64,000 nucleotides of DNA from Candidatus Cloacimonadota bacterium (GTDB lineage Bacteria; Cloacimonadota; Cloacimonadia; Cloacimonadales; WRIO01): NCBI GenBank assembly GCA_029564175.1, contig JAKQQL010000440.1:9155-73154 (forward strand). The letters are read 5' to 3'. The notes beneath the pieces were generated by a model. The model was not told the DNA's origin. It saw only the letters and a program-made list of their open reading frames with translations, and did not search any database. A program made the position numbers and the translations under genes. Each line of letters starts with the position of its first letter. The stretch's first letter is position 1. Below are positions 49,778 to 60,145 of this stretch, in pieces.

Positions 49778-50773
49778 TTAATAACGGAAGATTAAACTGC
49801 CGTATGTTAATCCTGCACCAAATGCTGTGAGCAGGATAATATCTCCTTTACGGATTTTACCTTCATTAATCGCATCTGTGACTGCAAGAGGAATAGATGA
49901 TGAGGACGTATTGGCATATTTTTCGATGCTGACAATTACTTTTGATTTTGGCGCTTTAAATTTATCTGCAAGCGCATCAATAATTCTGAGGTTTGCCTGA
50001 TGAGAGACAACCCAGTCAATATCTTTGACATCCATGTTGTTTTTCTTCATCAGATCAACACTAATATTATACATGGAACGAACTGCGTGCTTAAATATTT
50101 TATTGCCTTCCATGTAAACGGTATGTGCATTTTCTTTTAAAGTTGCTTCAGAAGCAGGATATCTTGAACCGCCTGCTTTTTGAATTAAAAGTTCCCATTC
50201 AGATGCATCAGCACTGATTTTTGAATCTATAATTCTGGATAATTCATTTTTTTCTGCACGTTTCATGATAGCAGCACCAGCACCATCACCAAACAATACA
50301 CAAGTCCCTCGGTCATTCCAGTTGATTAACTTTGTGAGTACTTCAACTCCTACAACCAGAATCGTGTCATAAATACCGCTTTCTATGTATCTTCTTGCGA
50401 TATCGGCGGCGTAAATAAATCCTGTACAGCCAGCAGATACATCAAAAGCCGGAATATCCTTAAGACCGAGTTTTTGTTGTAAAATACATGCTGTTGCAGG
50501 GAAAGGGTGATCACCGGAAATAGTGCCCACAATAATCATTTGTATATCTTTTAAACGGGTTGTTTTTGAAGAATAAATCGCTTTTTCAGCTGCTTGAAAT
50601 GCGAGATCAGAAGCGGCTTCGTGAGTCTCACAAAAGTGTCTTTCAAACATACCTGTTCGGGTTTTTATCCATTCATCAGAAGTATCAACCAGTCTTTCTA
50701 AATCATAATTATTCACTATTTTTGGAGGAACGTAAGATCCGAACGAATCAAATTTTGCATTGTATAAAGTCAT
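49778..50773 (-). CDS. fabH: 3-oxoacyl-ACP synthase III
   Basis: SAGCTGF, FGDGAGA, HQAN, NTS, FGAGL. Confidence 0.95.
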   Translation of the reverse strand: MTLYNAKFDSFGSYVPPKIVNNYDLERLVDTSDEWIKTRTGMFERHFCETHEAASDLAFQAAEKAIYSSKTTRLKDIQMIIVGTISGDHPFPATACILQQKLGLKDIPAFDVSAGCTGFIYAADIARRYIESGIYDTILVVGVEVLTKLINWNDRGTCVLFGDGAGAAIMKRAEKNELSRIIDSKISADASEWELLIQKAGGSRYPASEATLKENAHTVYMEGNKIFKHAVRSMYNISVDLMKKNNMDVKDIDWVVSHQANLRIIDALADKFKAPKSKVIVSIEKYANTSSSSIPLAVTDAINEGKIRKGDIILLTAFGAGLTYGSLIFRY

Positions 50774-50776
50774 GAT

Positions 50777-51772
50777 TTACTTCCTTTCAAAATGCTCCTT
50801 TACTTGAGCGATAAAGGCTGTTTCTGATATTTTGGAGCCAAATTTTATTGCATTTTTTATTGCTGTTGCATTTGAACGGCCATGAGCTACCACCGATATT
50901 CCGTTAAGACCTACCAGTAATGCACCACCGTATTCTGAATGATCCAGCTTTTTTTTCAAATATTTATAAACAGGGAATGAAAGCAGAGCACCAAGCTTAG
51001 CAATCCAGTCTTTCTTCATCTGTTCTTTCATGATATCAAATATGGCAATCGCTGCTCCTTCAACACTTTTTAACATGACATTACCCACAAAACCATCACA
51101 AACGACTACATCTGTAACGCCCTTAAGGAGATCTTTCCCTTCTATATTGCCATGGAAATTGATCTTGGGATTGTTAAGAAGCAACTGATATGCTGCTTTT
51201 GTCAGTTCGTTTCCTTTTTTACTTTCTTCTCCAATATTGAGTAGTGAAACTTTTGGAGAATCAATTTTGAATAAAAATTTCGCATATAAAGATCCAAGGA
51301 CTGCAAATTGTTCAAGATACTGAGGCTCACAATCAACATTAGCGCCCACATCTAAAACGATTTCCTTCCCATGAATTGTTGGGAATGTAAGTGCGATGGC
51401 TGGTCGCATTACATTTCTCACGCGACCATAGGTAAAAAGAGAAGCCGCCATAACCGCACCAGTGTTTCCGGCACTTACAGCGGCATCTGCTATACCTTCA
51501 TGGTGCAGTTTAATACTGACCACCATGGATGAGTTTGTTTTCATCCTCGCCGATTGGCTGGGATCGTCTTCCATCGTTATTACATCAGATGCATGTACTA
51601 TTTCGATTCTTTTTTTGTCGTAAATGAATTTTTCCAGCTCTTGATGTAATTGCTCTTCTTTTCCAACTAAAAAGATTTTTTCGCATACGTTTTCTTTAAT
51701 GGCAAGAACTGCACCTTCCACTTCTGGGAATGGCGCAAGATCACTACCATATGCATCCAATGCAATCTTCAT
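50777..51772 (-). CDS. plsX: Phosphate acyltransferase
   Basis: IALDAYGSD, SAGNTGA, RPAI, DVGAN, DGFVGN, YGGA.LVG. Confidence 0.96.
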   Translation of the reverse strand: MKIALDAYGSDLAPFPEVEGAVLAIKENVCEKIFLVGKEEQLHQELEKFIYDKKRIEIVHASDVITMEDDPSQSARMKTNSSMVVSIKLHHEGIADAAVSAGNTGAVMAASLFTYGRVRNVMRPAIALTFPTIHGKEIVLDVGANVDCEPQYLEQFAVLGSLYAKFLFKIDSPKVSLLNIGEESKKGNELTKAAYQLLLNNPKINFHGNIEGKDLLKGVTDVVVCDGFVGNVMLKSVEGAAIAIFDIMKEQMKKDWIAKLGALLSFPVYKYLKKKLDHSEYGGALLVGLNGISVVAHGRSNATAIKNAIKFGSKISETAFIAQVKEHFERK

Positions 51773-51951
51773 TATTGCTTCACTTCTACGATTTGTTTTC
51801 CTTTATAGAAACCACACTTAGCACATACATAGTGAGCTCTGGTAGGTTCGCTACAATTTGGGCAATTGCTCCAGCTTGGGATACTTAAAGAATCATGAGT
51901 TCTTCTTTTATCTCTTCTAGCTTTTGATGTTCTTCTTTTTGGAACTCCCAT
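51772..51951 (-). CDS. rpmF: 50S ribosomal protein L32 (not in the ORF track)
   Basis: Hand translation MGVPKRRTSKARRDKRRTHDSLSIPSWSNCPNCSEPTRAHYVCAKCGFYKGKQIVEVKQ (59 aa); GGAG RBS; TAATG overlap with plsX. Confidence 0.96.
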   Translation of the reverse strand: MGVPKRRTSKARRDKRRTHDSLSIPSWSNCPNCSEPTRAHYVCAKCGFYKGKQIVEVKQ

Positions 51952-52069
51952 TTTAACTCCTTTCTATTTCAGACAAATTTTTTAAACATAATTTTAATCA
52001 CGAAAAATTAACTTGAGAAAATTGTCAAGCATTTTGATATGAATCACTTCGTTTTTAACAAAAAAGTGT

Positions 52070-53374
52070 CTAAGTGACTTTTAATATCAGCTTTTCTGAA
52101 TGCAATTCAATTTCTGATATCTGCATAGATTTTAAGATTCTCTCGCATACCTGATTGCCTGCTGTTTCATTATTGCATAATACAAAGCCAATCAGCTCAC
52201 CTTTTTCTATCTTATCACCCTGTTTTTTATAAAATTCACAGCCAGCTGTATAATCTAAGGCTGAACTAAGCACCATACGACCAGCTGAAATGCCTATCAA
52301 TGCATATCCTATCTCCTGAGAATCAATGCTTTGGATATAGCCTGATTCCTTTGCAATAACCGGTATTTTATACTTACTGGTTCCAAATAGACTGTAATCT
52401 TCAGTTACTTTAGGATCTCCTCCCTGGTTTTCAATCATTTTGACCAGTTTTTCCATTGCTTTTCCGCTGGAAATGACGTTATTAATTTTGTCAATTGCCT
52501 GTTCTCTGGATTCTGAAAGACCGGTACAAATAAGCATCTGACTTAACAACTCGTTTGTGATTAGTTCTAAATCTGGGATTTTTATCCCTTTTAAATAATC
52601 AATACATTCAATAATTTCCAGTGCATTGCCTATCTTATGCCCTATTGGTGAATTCATAGAAGTAAATACTACTTTGACATTTTGTCCAAAAGCATTGCCT
52701 GTGGTAATGAGTCGATGAGCCAGTTTTTCTGCATTTTCCAGTGTTTTCATAAATGCACCTGAGCCTACTTTTAAATCAATGACCAGGTTTTTTGCCCCTT
52801 CAGCAATCTTTTTACTCATGATGCTGGCAGTGATGAGAGCCAAGCTTTCAACCGTTCCGGTAACATCTCTTAATGCATATATTTTTTTATCAGCTGGAAC
52901 CAGATTTTCTGATTGAGCAACTATTGCCAAACCATCCTGAATTATCATTTTTTTAAATTCTTCTTCAGAAAAATGGGTTTTAAAACCAGGTATGGCTTCC
53001 AGTTTATCAAGTGTACCACCGGTATGTCCAAGTCCTCTGCCAGAAATCATTGGGACATAAGCGCCACAGGCTGCCATAACAGGTGCGAGAATGATGGAAA
53101 TTTTATCACCAACTCCACCGGTAGAATGTTTGTCAATTGTATTAAGTGAATCATCAAAAACGATGCGGGAACCTGAATTGATATAAGAATCAGTCAGATC
53201 GATGATTTCATTCATTTCCATACCCTGAAAATAAATGCTCATCAATAAAGATGACATCTGATAATCAGGAATATTTCCATTGATATAATTTTGGACAAAA
53301 AAATTGATTTCCTCTTTACTCAAACAAGTATTGTTTCTCTTTTTAATGATAAGTTCAACCGGATTAAGTTGCAT
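52070..53374 (-). CDS. pdp: Pyrimidine-nucleoside/thymidine phosphorylase
   Basis: DKHSTGGVGDK, ISGRGLGHTGGTLDKLE, YALRDVTGT, SIMSKK. Confidence 0.94.
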   Translation of the reverse strand: MQLNPVELIIKKRNNTCLSKEEINFFVQNYINGNIPDYQMSSLLMSIYFQGMEMNEIIDLTDSYINSGSRIVFDDSLNTIDKHSTGGVGDKISIILAPVMAACGAYVPMISGRGLGHTGGTLDKLEAIPGFKTHFSEEEFKKMIIQDGLAIVAQSENLVPADKKIYALRDVTGTVESLALITASIMSKKIAEGAKNLVIDLKVGSGAFMKTLENAEKLAHRLITTGNAFGQNVKVVFTSMNSPIGHKIGNALEIIECIDYLKGIKIPDLELITNELLSQMLICTGLSESREQAIDKINNVISSGKAMEKLVKMIENQGGDPKVTEDYSLFGTSKYKIPVIAKESGYIQSIDSQEIGYALIGISAGRMVLSSALDYTAGCEFYKKQGDKIEKGELIGFVLCNNETAGNQVCERILKSMQISEIELHSEKLILKVT

Positions 53375-53428
53375 AAAATCTCCTGTTCTTAATATTTTTC
53401 TATCTTAAAGAATTATGAAGAAAGATAA

Positions 53429-53532
53429 GGCAAGCAGGGTTGCTTGCCCTACATTCAAACTATGAGATGTTGTATCGTAAGCTACCAGCTTGCGTTTTCT
53501 ATCTTCTTGGCAAGCAGGGTTGCTTGCCCTAC
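53429..53532. repeat. Cluster of three REP-like palindromes (family A)
   Basis: Identical ggcaagcagggttgcttgccctac at 53429-53452 and 53509-53532 (GTAG-stem on the minus strand) flank an opposite-orientation gtatcgtaagctaccagcttgcg at 53472-53494. Confidence 0.85.
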
Positions 53533-53542
53533 ATCAGCTTTA

Positions 53543-54757
53543 TTAAATCATTGATTGTAACAATTCAGCCAAACGTTTTACTCCGGCATCTATTTGTTCA
53601 ATACTTGGGTACGAGAAGTTAAGACGAAGAGAATTAAATCTTTCATGACCACTTGGATAGAATTTACTGCCAGGTATAAATGAAATTTTCATATCTCTGG
53701 CTTTGGCAAACAAATCATCAGTATTGATATGCTCAGGGCAGGTCAACCAGATAAAGATACCACCTTCAATTTTAGACCATTTGATTGCTTTTGGCATATA
53801 GCTTTCAAGTGCTTTCAACATCGCATCCATGTATGGTGCATAAAAAGCCTGGATCTTGTCTATATGAGGTGTTAATTTGTTGTCTTTCATATATTTTGCA
53901 ACAGCTCTTTCAGCCACACAGTTTGGACTGACAATCACTTTTTGTAACCATGAAATCATCGGTTTAATCATTTCTTCGTCTGCCATGATATAAGCGATTC
54001 TAAGCCCTGGTCCAAGAATTTTTGAAAAGGATTTTATAGAAGTGACTACTTTTTTGTTCTGATACTCTTCACGGGCAATCTCAAAAAGGCTTTTGAGCAT
54101 TTCTCCTTTATATCTTAACTGGCTGTAGGGGTCATCTTCAAGTATCAAAATAGAATGCTGAATGGCTATTTTAATTAAGGCATGACGTCTTTCTAAGCTT
54201 TGAGTCACGCCTGTTGGATTCTGAAAATCAGGGATGGTATAGATAAACTTAATCGTTTTGTTTTCTTGTTCTAATCGCTTAATCGTTTCTTCTAATTCGC
54301 TAATCAATATTCCTTCATCATCCATGGAGATTGGTACGACTTCAGCCCCTACTGCTTCAAAAGCAACCAGAGTGCCTAAGAAACTGGGTCCTTCACAGAG
54401 CACAACATCACCTGGATTAATCAAAGCCTGAGCAAAATAGAAGATACCGTTGGTGGAGCCATCGACAATTAATAATTCATCATCTGTCAGATATTCTTTG
54501 TTTTCCCATTTTTTTAATTCATGTTTTAAATGAATATCCCCTTCACTGGCACCATATTGTAATATGTCAGTGCCATGTTCACTAATGACGTTTTTGAAGA
54601 TTTCTGCTAATTCTTCAACTGGAAATGTTTGCGGGGATGGAAATCCGCCTGCAAAGGATATCAAACCCGGAATTCCTTTAGTAGAACTGACCAGTTCACG
54701 AATCATGGAAGATTTCATACTGGCGGTTGATTTGGAATACATTGTTTTCAAATCCAT
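53543..54757 (-). CDS. PLP-dependent aminotransferase class I/II (LysN-like)
   Basis: SFAGGFP, PDFQNPTG, EDDPY, SFSKILGPGLRI, LRLNFS. Start set at ATG 54757 after AGGAG. Confidence 0.92.
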   Translation of the reverse strand: MDLKTMYSKSTASMKSSMIRELVSSTKGIPGLISFAGGFPSPQTFPVEELAEIFKNVISEHGTDILQYGASEGDIHLKHELKKWENKEYLTDDELLIVDGSTNGIFYFAQALINPGDVVLCEGPSFLGTLVAFEAVGAEVVPISMDDEGILISELEETIKRLEQENKTIKFIYTIPDFQNPTGVTQSLERRHALIKIAIQHSILILEDDPYSQLRYKGEMLKSLFEIAREEYQNKKVVTSIKSFSKILGPGLRIAYIMADEEMIKPMISWLQKVIVSPNCVAERAVAKYMKDNKLTPHIDKIQAFYAPYMDAMLKALESYMPKAIKWSKIEGGIFIWLTCPEHINTDDLFAKARDMKISFIPGSKFYPSGHERFNSLRLNFSYPSIEQIDAGVKRLAELLQSMI

Positions 54758-54921
54758 TCTAACTCCTATTGTGTTTTTATTATTTTGAGCAAATAATATT
54801 TTTTTTGATAAATCAGTCAATTATTTATTTCTTTTTTTTCTCTGAGGCTTTGAATTCTATAGTTTAAGCATGTCAGAATTGACCAGAAAAACTTTTGAAA
54901 TGAATGGATTTTAAAAATAAA

Positions 54922-54962
54922 AAACAGAGAGCAGAATATTTTGCTTATTATGCTCCCTGTTT
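54922..54962 (-). terminator. Terminator-like hairpin after tpx
   Basis: aaacagagagca...tgctccctgttt stem with an A-run on the left. Confidence 0.65.
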
Positions 54963-54975
54963 AACATGAATATCT

Positions 54976-55473
54976 TTATTTTAGAATGTTGAGTGCTTTT
55001 TCATAATCTGGTTCCTGGGCAATTTCAGGGACCAGTTCCTGATAAATAACATGCCCATTCTCATTGATCATTACAACTGCTCTGGCAGTCAGCCCCTGCA
55101 TCGGCCCATCAACAATCTTGACACCGTAAGCATCAGAAAAATTAGAACGGAAACAAGACAATGTTTCTACATTCTCTATTCCTTCAGCACCGCAAAATCT
55201 ATTTTGTGCAAATGGTAAATCCGCAGATACGCATAGTACGATTGTGTTTTCTAATTTTGAAGCTTCAGCGTTGAATCTTCTGACTGATGCTGCGCAAACG
55301 CCTGTGTCTATACTTGGGAAAATATTCAGTATGATTCTTTTACCCTGATAATCAGAAAGACTTTTGTTGGATAAGTCCTTTGCTGTTAATGAAAAATCTG
55401 GTGCTTTTAATCCTACTGCGGGTAAATTATCTATTGTGTGGATAGGCATGCCTTGTAAAGTGATTTCTGCCAT
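54976..55473 (-). CDS. tpx: Thiol peroxidase
   Basis: [41 protein letters not shown]. Confidence 0.95.
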   Translation of the reverse strand: MAEITLQGMPIHTIDNLPAVGLKAPDFSLTAKDLSNKSLSDYQGKRIILNIFPSIDTGVCAASVRRFNAEASKLENTIVLCVSADLPFAQNRFCGAEGIENVETLSCFRSNFSDAYGVKIVDGPMQGLTARAVVMINENGHVIYQELVPEIAQEPDYEKALNILK

Positions 55474-55596
55474 GATGAACTCCTTAAACTAATATTTTAA
55501 TGATAAGATAGACTTATTATCTAAAAAAGCAAATGAAATCTGATATGGAATTGACAAAATATATGTTTTTAACTTTCCTGATTTCAGGAGGATATT

Positions 55597-57444
55597 ATGA
55601 AAAAAAATCTATTTATCTTAATTATGGTAATTTATTGTCATTTGAGTGCAGATGCATTTCAGGGGATTATACAGAATAATGATTATTTGTATGGGACAGG
55701 AACGGCATCAACGGCAGAAAAAGCCAATAATATGGCTTTAAATGATTTAATCAGTAAGATTTCGATGACAGTACAATCTTCTTATTCCAGCACTATGAGT
55801 GAAGATGGAAAATCAGTTCGTGAGGTTTCTGAACTGATGGTCAAGACCTATTCATCTTCAGCGTTGACCAATGTGGAGAAGATAGAGCTGGAAATGAATG
55901 ATGGTCAGTTTCAGGTCATGAGATATATTAAAAAAGAGGATTTAAAAGAAATATTTGAAAACCGAAAGGTTTTACTGATGAGTTTAGTGGAGGATGCTTT
56001 AAAATCTGAAAATGATATGCGGATTGGGGATGCCCTGAAGTATTACTACTGGTCATTGATGTTGTTAAAGACAGTTCCGGATGCCAATAAGATTCAGAAG
56101 GAAATTTCCGGCGAAGGCAATAAAATTCTGTTAACCTGGCTACCAGACAGGATGAATCGGATGATTTCAAAAATCAGACTTGATTTGAAACAGATAGATA
56201 CAAAAGCTGATTCTAAGATAGCGACTATTGAATTTATTGCAAACTATGATAATTCTGAGATAGAAAATCTGGACTATAAATATCGATCAGGCTCATACTG
56301 GTCTCAGAATATCAGATTAAATGATGGATTTGCTTACATTGAAGCCGATAATGATGCGATAAATGAGCTTTCTCAAATCCCTTTGGTGTTTGAATATAAA
56401 TATATTGAACAAAGTAAATGTATCGATGCTGTCTATCAGGTTTTAAGTAATCTGGAGCCGATTCATTTCAATACCCAGAAAATTCTCAGTCTAAAAGAAG
56501 ATAAACAAACAGCTCCTCAGCGGGATAACACTCTGATACAGACAAAATCACCGGCACCAGTATCAGCAGAAGCCCCTGAAAAACAGACAAATAAGCATCA
56601 GCTTGATGAGACAAAAGCAGGGCAATATATGACTGTTTTGGAAAGAGTCTGTCAGGCAATCAATCAAAAACAATATGAGTCAGTGAAAGGGTTGTTTACT
56701 GAAAATGGGTATCTGCAATTTAAAAAGACAATAGAATATGGTAATGCCCGTTTGTTTAAAAATCCTTTATCCAATGTAACTTTTAATCAGTCTGATACAA
56801 GGATAGTCGCCCGTTCTGTACCAATGAGTTTTAAATTTAAAAATGCCTCTGCCCAAATCATTGAAAAAGTCTGTTTTACCTTTAATTCTGATCAACTGAT
56901 TGATGAAGTCGGTTTTACGCTTTCAAATCGTGCCACTGAAGATATTATGTCAAAATCTGATAGTTGGGGTACTTATGAGGCGAAGACGGCATTACTTGAG
57001 TTTATGGAACGATACAAGACGGCTTATTGTCTGAAAGATATTGACTTTATCAATAATGTTTTCAGTGATAATGCCTTGATTATTATTGGACGCGTTCTCA
57101 AAGAAAATACTGATCCAGAAAAACGATTTGATTTTGGTCAAAGAATCCAGTATAATCGCTATTCCAAACAGGAATTTGTTAGTAATCTGAAAAGGGCTTT
57201 TAACTCTAATGAATTTATAAATATTCAGTTTGAAGAAACTAATGTCAAACGGACAGAAAATGACCCTGTTTATGGTATTCAGTTAAAACAGCATTATACA
57301 TCAAGCTCTTACCATGATAAAGGCTATCTCTTTTTGATGATAGACCTGAAAAATGAAAAAGAACCTAAAATATATGTTCGCTCCTGGCAACCGGAAAAGA
57401 ATTCTGATGGATCAATTCTGGGGCTGGATGATTTTAAGTTTTAA
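55597..57444 (+). CDS. Exported protein with LPP20-like N-terminal domain
   Basis: Signal-like N-terminus; YLYGTG...ANNMALNDL..KIS.TVQS pattern; AGGAGG RBS. Confidence 0.65.
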   Translation: MKKNLFILIMVIYCHLSADAFQGIIQNNDYLYGTGTASTAEKANNMALNDLISKISMTVQSSYSSTMSEDGKSVREVSELMVKTYSSSALTNVEKIELEMNDGQFQVMRYIKKEDLKEIFENRKVLLMSLVEDALKSENDMRIGDALKYYYWSLMLLKTVPDANKIQKEISGEGNKILLTWLPDRMNRMISKIRLDLKQIDTKADSKIATIEFIANYDNSEIENLDYKYRSGSYWSQNIRLNDGFAYIEADNDAINELSQIPLVFEYKYIEQSKCIDAVYQVLSNLEPIHFNTQKILSLKEDKQTAPQRDNTLIQTKSPAPVSAEAPEKQTNKHQLDETKAGQYMTVLERVCQAINQKQYESVKGLFTENGYLQFKKTIEYGNARLFKNPLSNVTFNQSDTRIVARSVPMSFKFKNASAQIIEKVCFTFNSDQLIDEVGFTLSNRATEDIMSKSDSWGTYEAKTALLEFMERYKTAYCLKDIDFINNVFSDNALIIIGRVLKENTDPEKRFDFGQRIQYNRYSKQEFVSNLKRAFNSNEFINIQFEETNVKRTENDPVYGIQLKQHYTSSSYHDKGYLFLMIDLKNEKEPKIYVRSWQPEKNSDGSILGLDDFKF

Positions 57445-57448
57445 AGGC

Positions 57449-57539
57449 GTAATGCAAACATCCATGTTTGCAACTTGTATTTCTCGCAAAGAGCGCAAAG
57501 AACGCAAAGAAGAAAAACAATCAGGGATGATTGTTGTAC
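57449..57539. repeat. Inverted pair of REP-like palindromes (families B'/B) enclosing a 3x CGCAAAG repeat
   Basis: gtaatgcaaacatccatgtttgca (57449-57472), cgcaaag at 57485/57494/57503, aacaatcagggatgattgttgtac (57516-57539). Confidence 0.8.
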
Positions 57540-57624
57540 TAAGAAGAGGACAAAGCAGGTTGTTTGTCTTACTTTTTTCTTGACAAACTAAATAATTGAG
57601 TGTATCAAAGAATAAGGAGGATTT

Positions 57625-59598
57625 ATGAAGAGAATGATTCTGATTATATTAACAGCCTTTTGTTTTTATAGTCTGTTTGCCAATGATATGATCATCACTA
57701 CGGACTTTACAGAAGACTTGATGGATTTATCTATCCAGAAAGAACCCCGCAGAAATATAAATGATGAGCTTTGCGCTTTAATAAAGATATCGACTGCTTT
57801 GACAAATCTGAACTTTCCTGATAGAGATATTACAGATGTTGTTCAGAAAGAAGGGGAAGTTTGGCTTTATGTTTCTGCTGGAAAGAAATATCTGAGTATT
57901 ACCAAGTCAGGCTTTGCCCGATTTGAGTATTCCATTCCGATTCGCATGGAAAGCGGAAGAGTGTATAAGATAAAACTGGAACAGAAGATAAAAGGTTTTG
58001 ACAATCTTCTGAAAGATACTTACAATCTGAGTTTATCATTTAATGAAAGCGATGTGATTATTATCCAGGAAAATGGCACGCAGATTAAAACATTAGGTAG
58101 CAGTGCCCGTTTTAAACTGGCAAAAGGAAAATATTCGTTTAAATTCGCAAAAAAGGGTTTTAAAGATATTACCAAAGAAATTAATCTGACGAAAGACCAT
58201 TATGAATATATTAGTATGGAAGCCGGTAATTCCAATACTCGCTTTAAATTGCCTGCCCTGGTGGTGATTATTACTCAGCCGGCTAATGCAGAAATTTTTA
58301 TAGACAACCAAAGAATTGGGCTTTCACCATTTCAGGGTGAAATTCTGGCAGGTGACCATCAGTTAATTGTTCAACACCCGCTATATGAAACCTATGTGGC
58401 TAACTTTAAGGTGGAAGAAGGTCAGTCCCTGACGCTACCCTCAATCAAACTTAATACGAAGTTTGCAATTCTGAGTCTGACTTCAAATCCTTCTCAGTCA
58501 GAGGTTTTTGTAGATGATAAACTTTTGGGTAAGACACCGCTTACCGATAAAGAAATCCCTTCAGATTCCAAACAGCTTAAGCTGGTTTATCCTTTATACA
58601 AGGATTATATTGAAACTCTTGCCTTGAAAGATCAGGAACGAAAAAACATCAATGCTATTATGGAGCAGAATTACGGTGAAATTAGCATCAGCAGTAAACC
58701 AGAGGAAGGGGCTGCTGTGTATCTGAATAATGAAAAGATTGGGGAAACTCCTATCAGTAAACATAAACTCATCCCCGGCATCTACTCTTTCCGGATTCAG
58801 AAAAATATGTGGATGGATGATGAATTTATGGCTCAGATTGAAAATCAAAAACATATTGAAAAAACAATTGTTCTAAATAAAAATTACTCGGTTCTGGAAA
58901 TATTGGCTGAAAATTCAGATATCTATATCAACAATGAGCTGAAAGGTAAAAACCGGGCACAGGCTCAATTGGTACCTGGTACTTATATGATTACAGCCAA
59001 AAAAGATCGCTGTTATGATGATACTCGTGAATATAAAGCCTTTATCGGAAAAGATGAACAGATTGAGCTTCAACCCCAGCCGATTATGGGATCTGTTTCT
59101 GTCATGACTGAACCCAAAGAAACTCAGGGAGCTTCAGTCTTTATCAATAATATCAAACAGGATAAAACCAGTCCGGCAGTGATTCCTTTACAAATAGGGG
59201 AATATGATGTCAGAGTCTCATCCCCCGGTTATGTGGATAAAAATGAAAGAGTCCTGGTTCGTGAAGCAGAAAGCAAACCAGTCAATTTCTCCCTGCAAAT
59301 TAAAAATGTAAAGTATCTGAATCGTGCCAGTGCCTGGAAAACCCAACAGAAACCAAGTCTGATTACTTCTCTGGCTTGTGTGCTTGCCTCCGGTTATTTT
59401 GCTTATGCCGGCAGTTCAGACTATGATGATTACAAATCAGCATCCTCATCGAATTCTGCCCTGTCTTTTTATAATAATGCCGAAAAGAATTATCAAAAGC
59501 GTAATCTCTGCCTGAGTATGTCTGCTGTCTCTTTGATGTATTATGGCTTTGCCAGATACAGAGAAAATGCCAATATGAAGTATTATCATGAGAAGTAA
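57625..59598 (+). CDS. PEGA-domain exported protein
   Basis: Repeated 'ITQPANAEIFID...IGLSP', 'TSNPSQSEVFVD...LGKTP' and 'SSKPEEGAAVYLN...IGETP' PEGA units; signal peptide; hydrophobic C-terminal segments. Confidence 0.88.
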   Translation: MKRMILIILTAFCFYSLFANDMIITTDFTEDLMDLSIQKEPRRNINDELCALIKISTALTNLNFPDRDITDVVQKEGEVWLYVSAGKKYLSITKSGFARFEYSIPIRMESGRVYKIKLEQKIKGFDNLLKDTYNLSLSFNESDVIIIQENGTQIKTLGSSARFKLAKGKYSFKFAKKGFKDITKEINLTKDHYEYISMEAGNSNTRFKLPALVVIITQPANAEIFIDNQRIGLSPFQGEILAGDHQLIVQHPLYETYVANFKVEEGQSLTLPSIKLNTKFAILSLTSNPSQSEVFVDDKLLGKTPLTDKEIPSDSKQLKLVYPLYKDYIETLALKDQERKNINAIMEQNYGEISISSKPEEGAAVYLNNEKIGETPISKHKLIPGIYSFRIQKNMWMDDEFMAQIENQKHIEKTIVLNKNYSVLEILAENSDIYINNELKGKNRAQAQLVPGTYMITAKKDRCYDDTREYKAFIGKDEQIELQPQPIMGSVSVMTEPKETQGASVFINNIKQDKTSPAVIPLQIGEYDVRVSSPGYVDKNERVLVREAESKPVNFSLQIKNVKYLNRASAWKTQQKPSLITSLACVLASGYFAYAGSSDYDDYKSASSSNSALSFYNNAEKNYQKRNLCLSMSAVSLMYYGFARYRENANMKYYHEK

Positions 59599-59610
59599 AG
59601 AATTGTTCCC

Positions 59611-60117
59611 GTACAACAATCATCCTTGATTGTTATTTCAGTGTGTGTTCGTCCGTAAGACAAGCTGCCAGCTTGTTTCTTCACGGAGTTGATCATCGTA
59701 GGGCAAGCTACCAGCTTGTTTAAAAAATCATAGTGTGAAAAATGATTAAGTTCCGACGAATTTGTTAATGGTTTGTAGGGATTTACGAAATGGAGCGAAG
59801 CATTCCCCTCCCGTGGAGGGGTGCCCCTTTGGGGCGGGGTGGTATTAACCGTAAATCCGCTAATTGTTGTGTAAATCATTCGGACGAACAGCGCTTCGCT
59901 TCGTTCATCCTTACAGACCGCTTTTATTCTGATTGGTGATGGGAAAGCTTACCTTAATGACATTGCCTCCGGAGGAGGGGAATTATACCTGCCCCGTACA
60001 ACAATCATCCCTGATTGTTAAAAGGATTCACCCGTACAACAATCATCCCTGATTGTTATTTGCAAACAGGGATGTTTGCACTACGAGAAAAGCTGCAAAC
60101 AAGGATGTTTGCACAAC
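59611..60117. repeat. Mosaic array of REP-like palindromes
   Basis: Family B at 59611, 59996 and 60034; family A at 59655 and 59698; CCCCTCC/GGAGGGG hairpins at 59803-59842 and 59966-59983; family B' at 60061 and 60094. Confidence 0.85.
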
Positions 60118-60145
60118 GAGAAAGTAAAAACACATAGGAGATAAA

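Noticed and set aside
1173..58854. Numerous 60-105 aa ORFs nested in or antisense to long genes
   Set aside because: They overlap well-supported CDS and lack motifs; treated as shadow ORFs.
59586..59879. 97-aa minus-strand ORF (also 53440-53622, 57353-57583, 63736-63999)
   Set aside because: These are translations through REP-like arrays, with no recognisable protein features.
59996..60117. Possible mini-CRISPR from repeated GTACAACAATCATCCCTGATTGTT
   Set aside because: Spacing is short and irregular, orientations are mixed, and copies are scattered across several intergenic regions.
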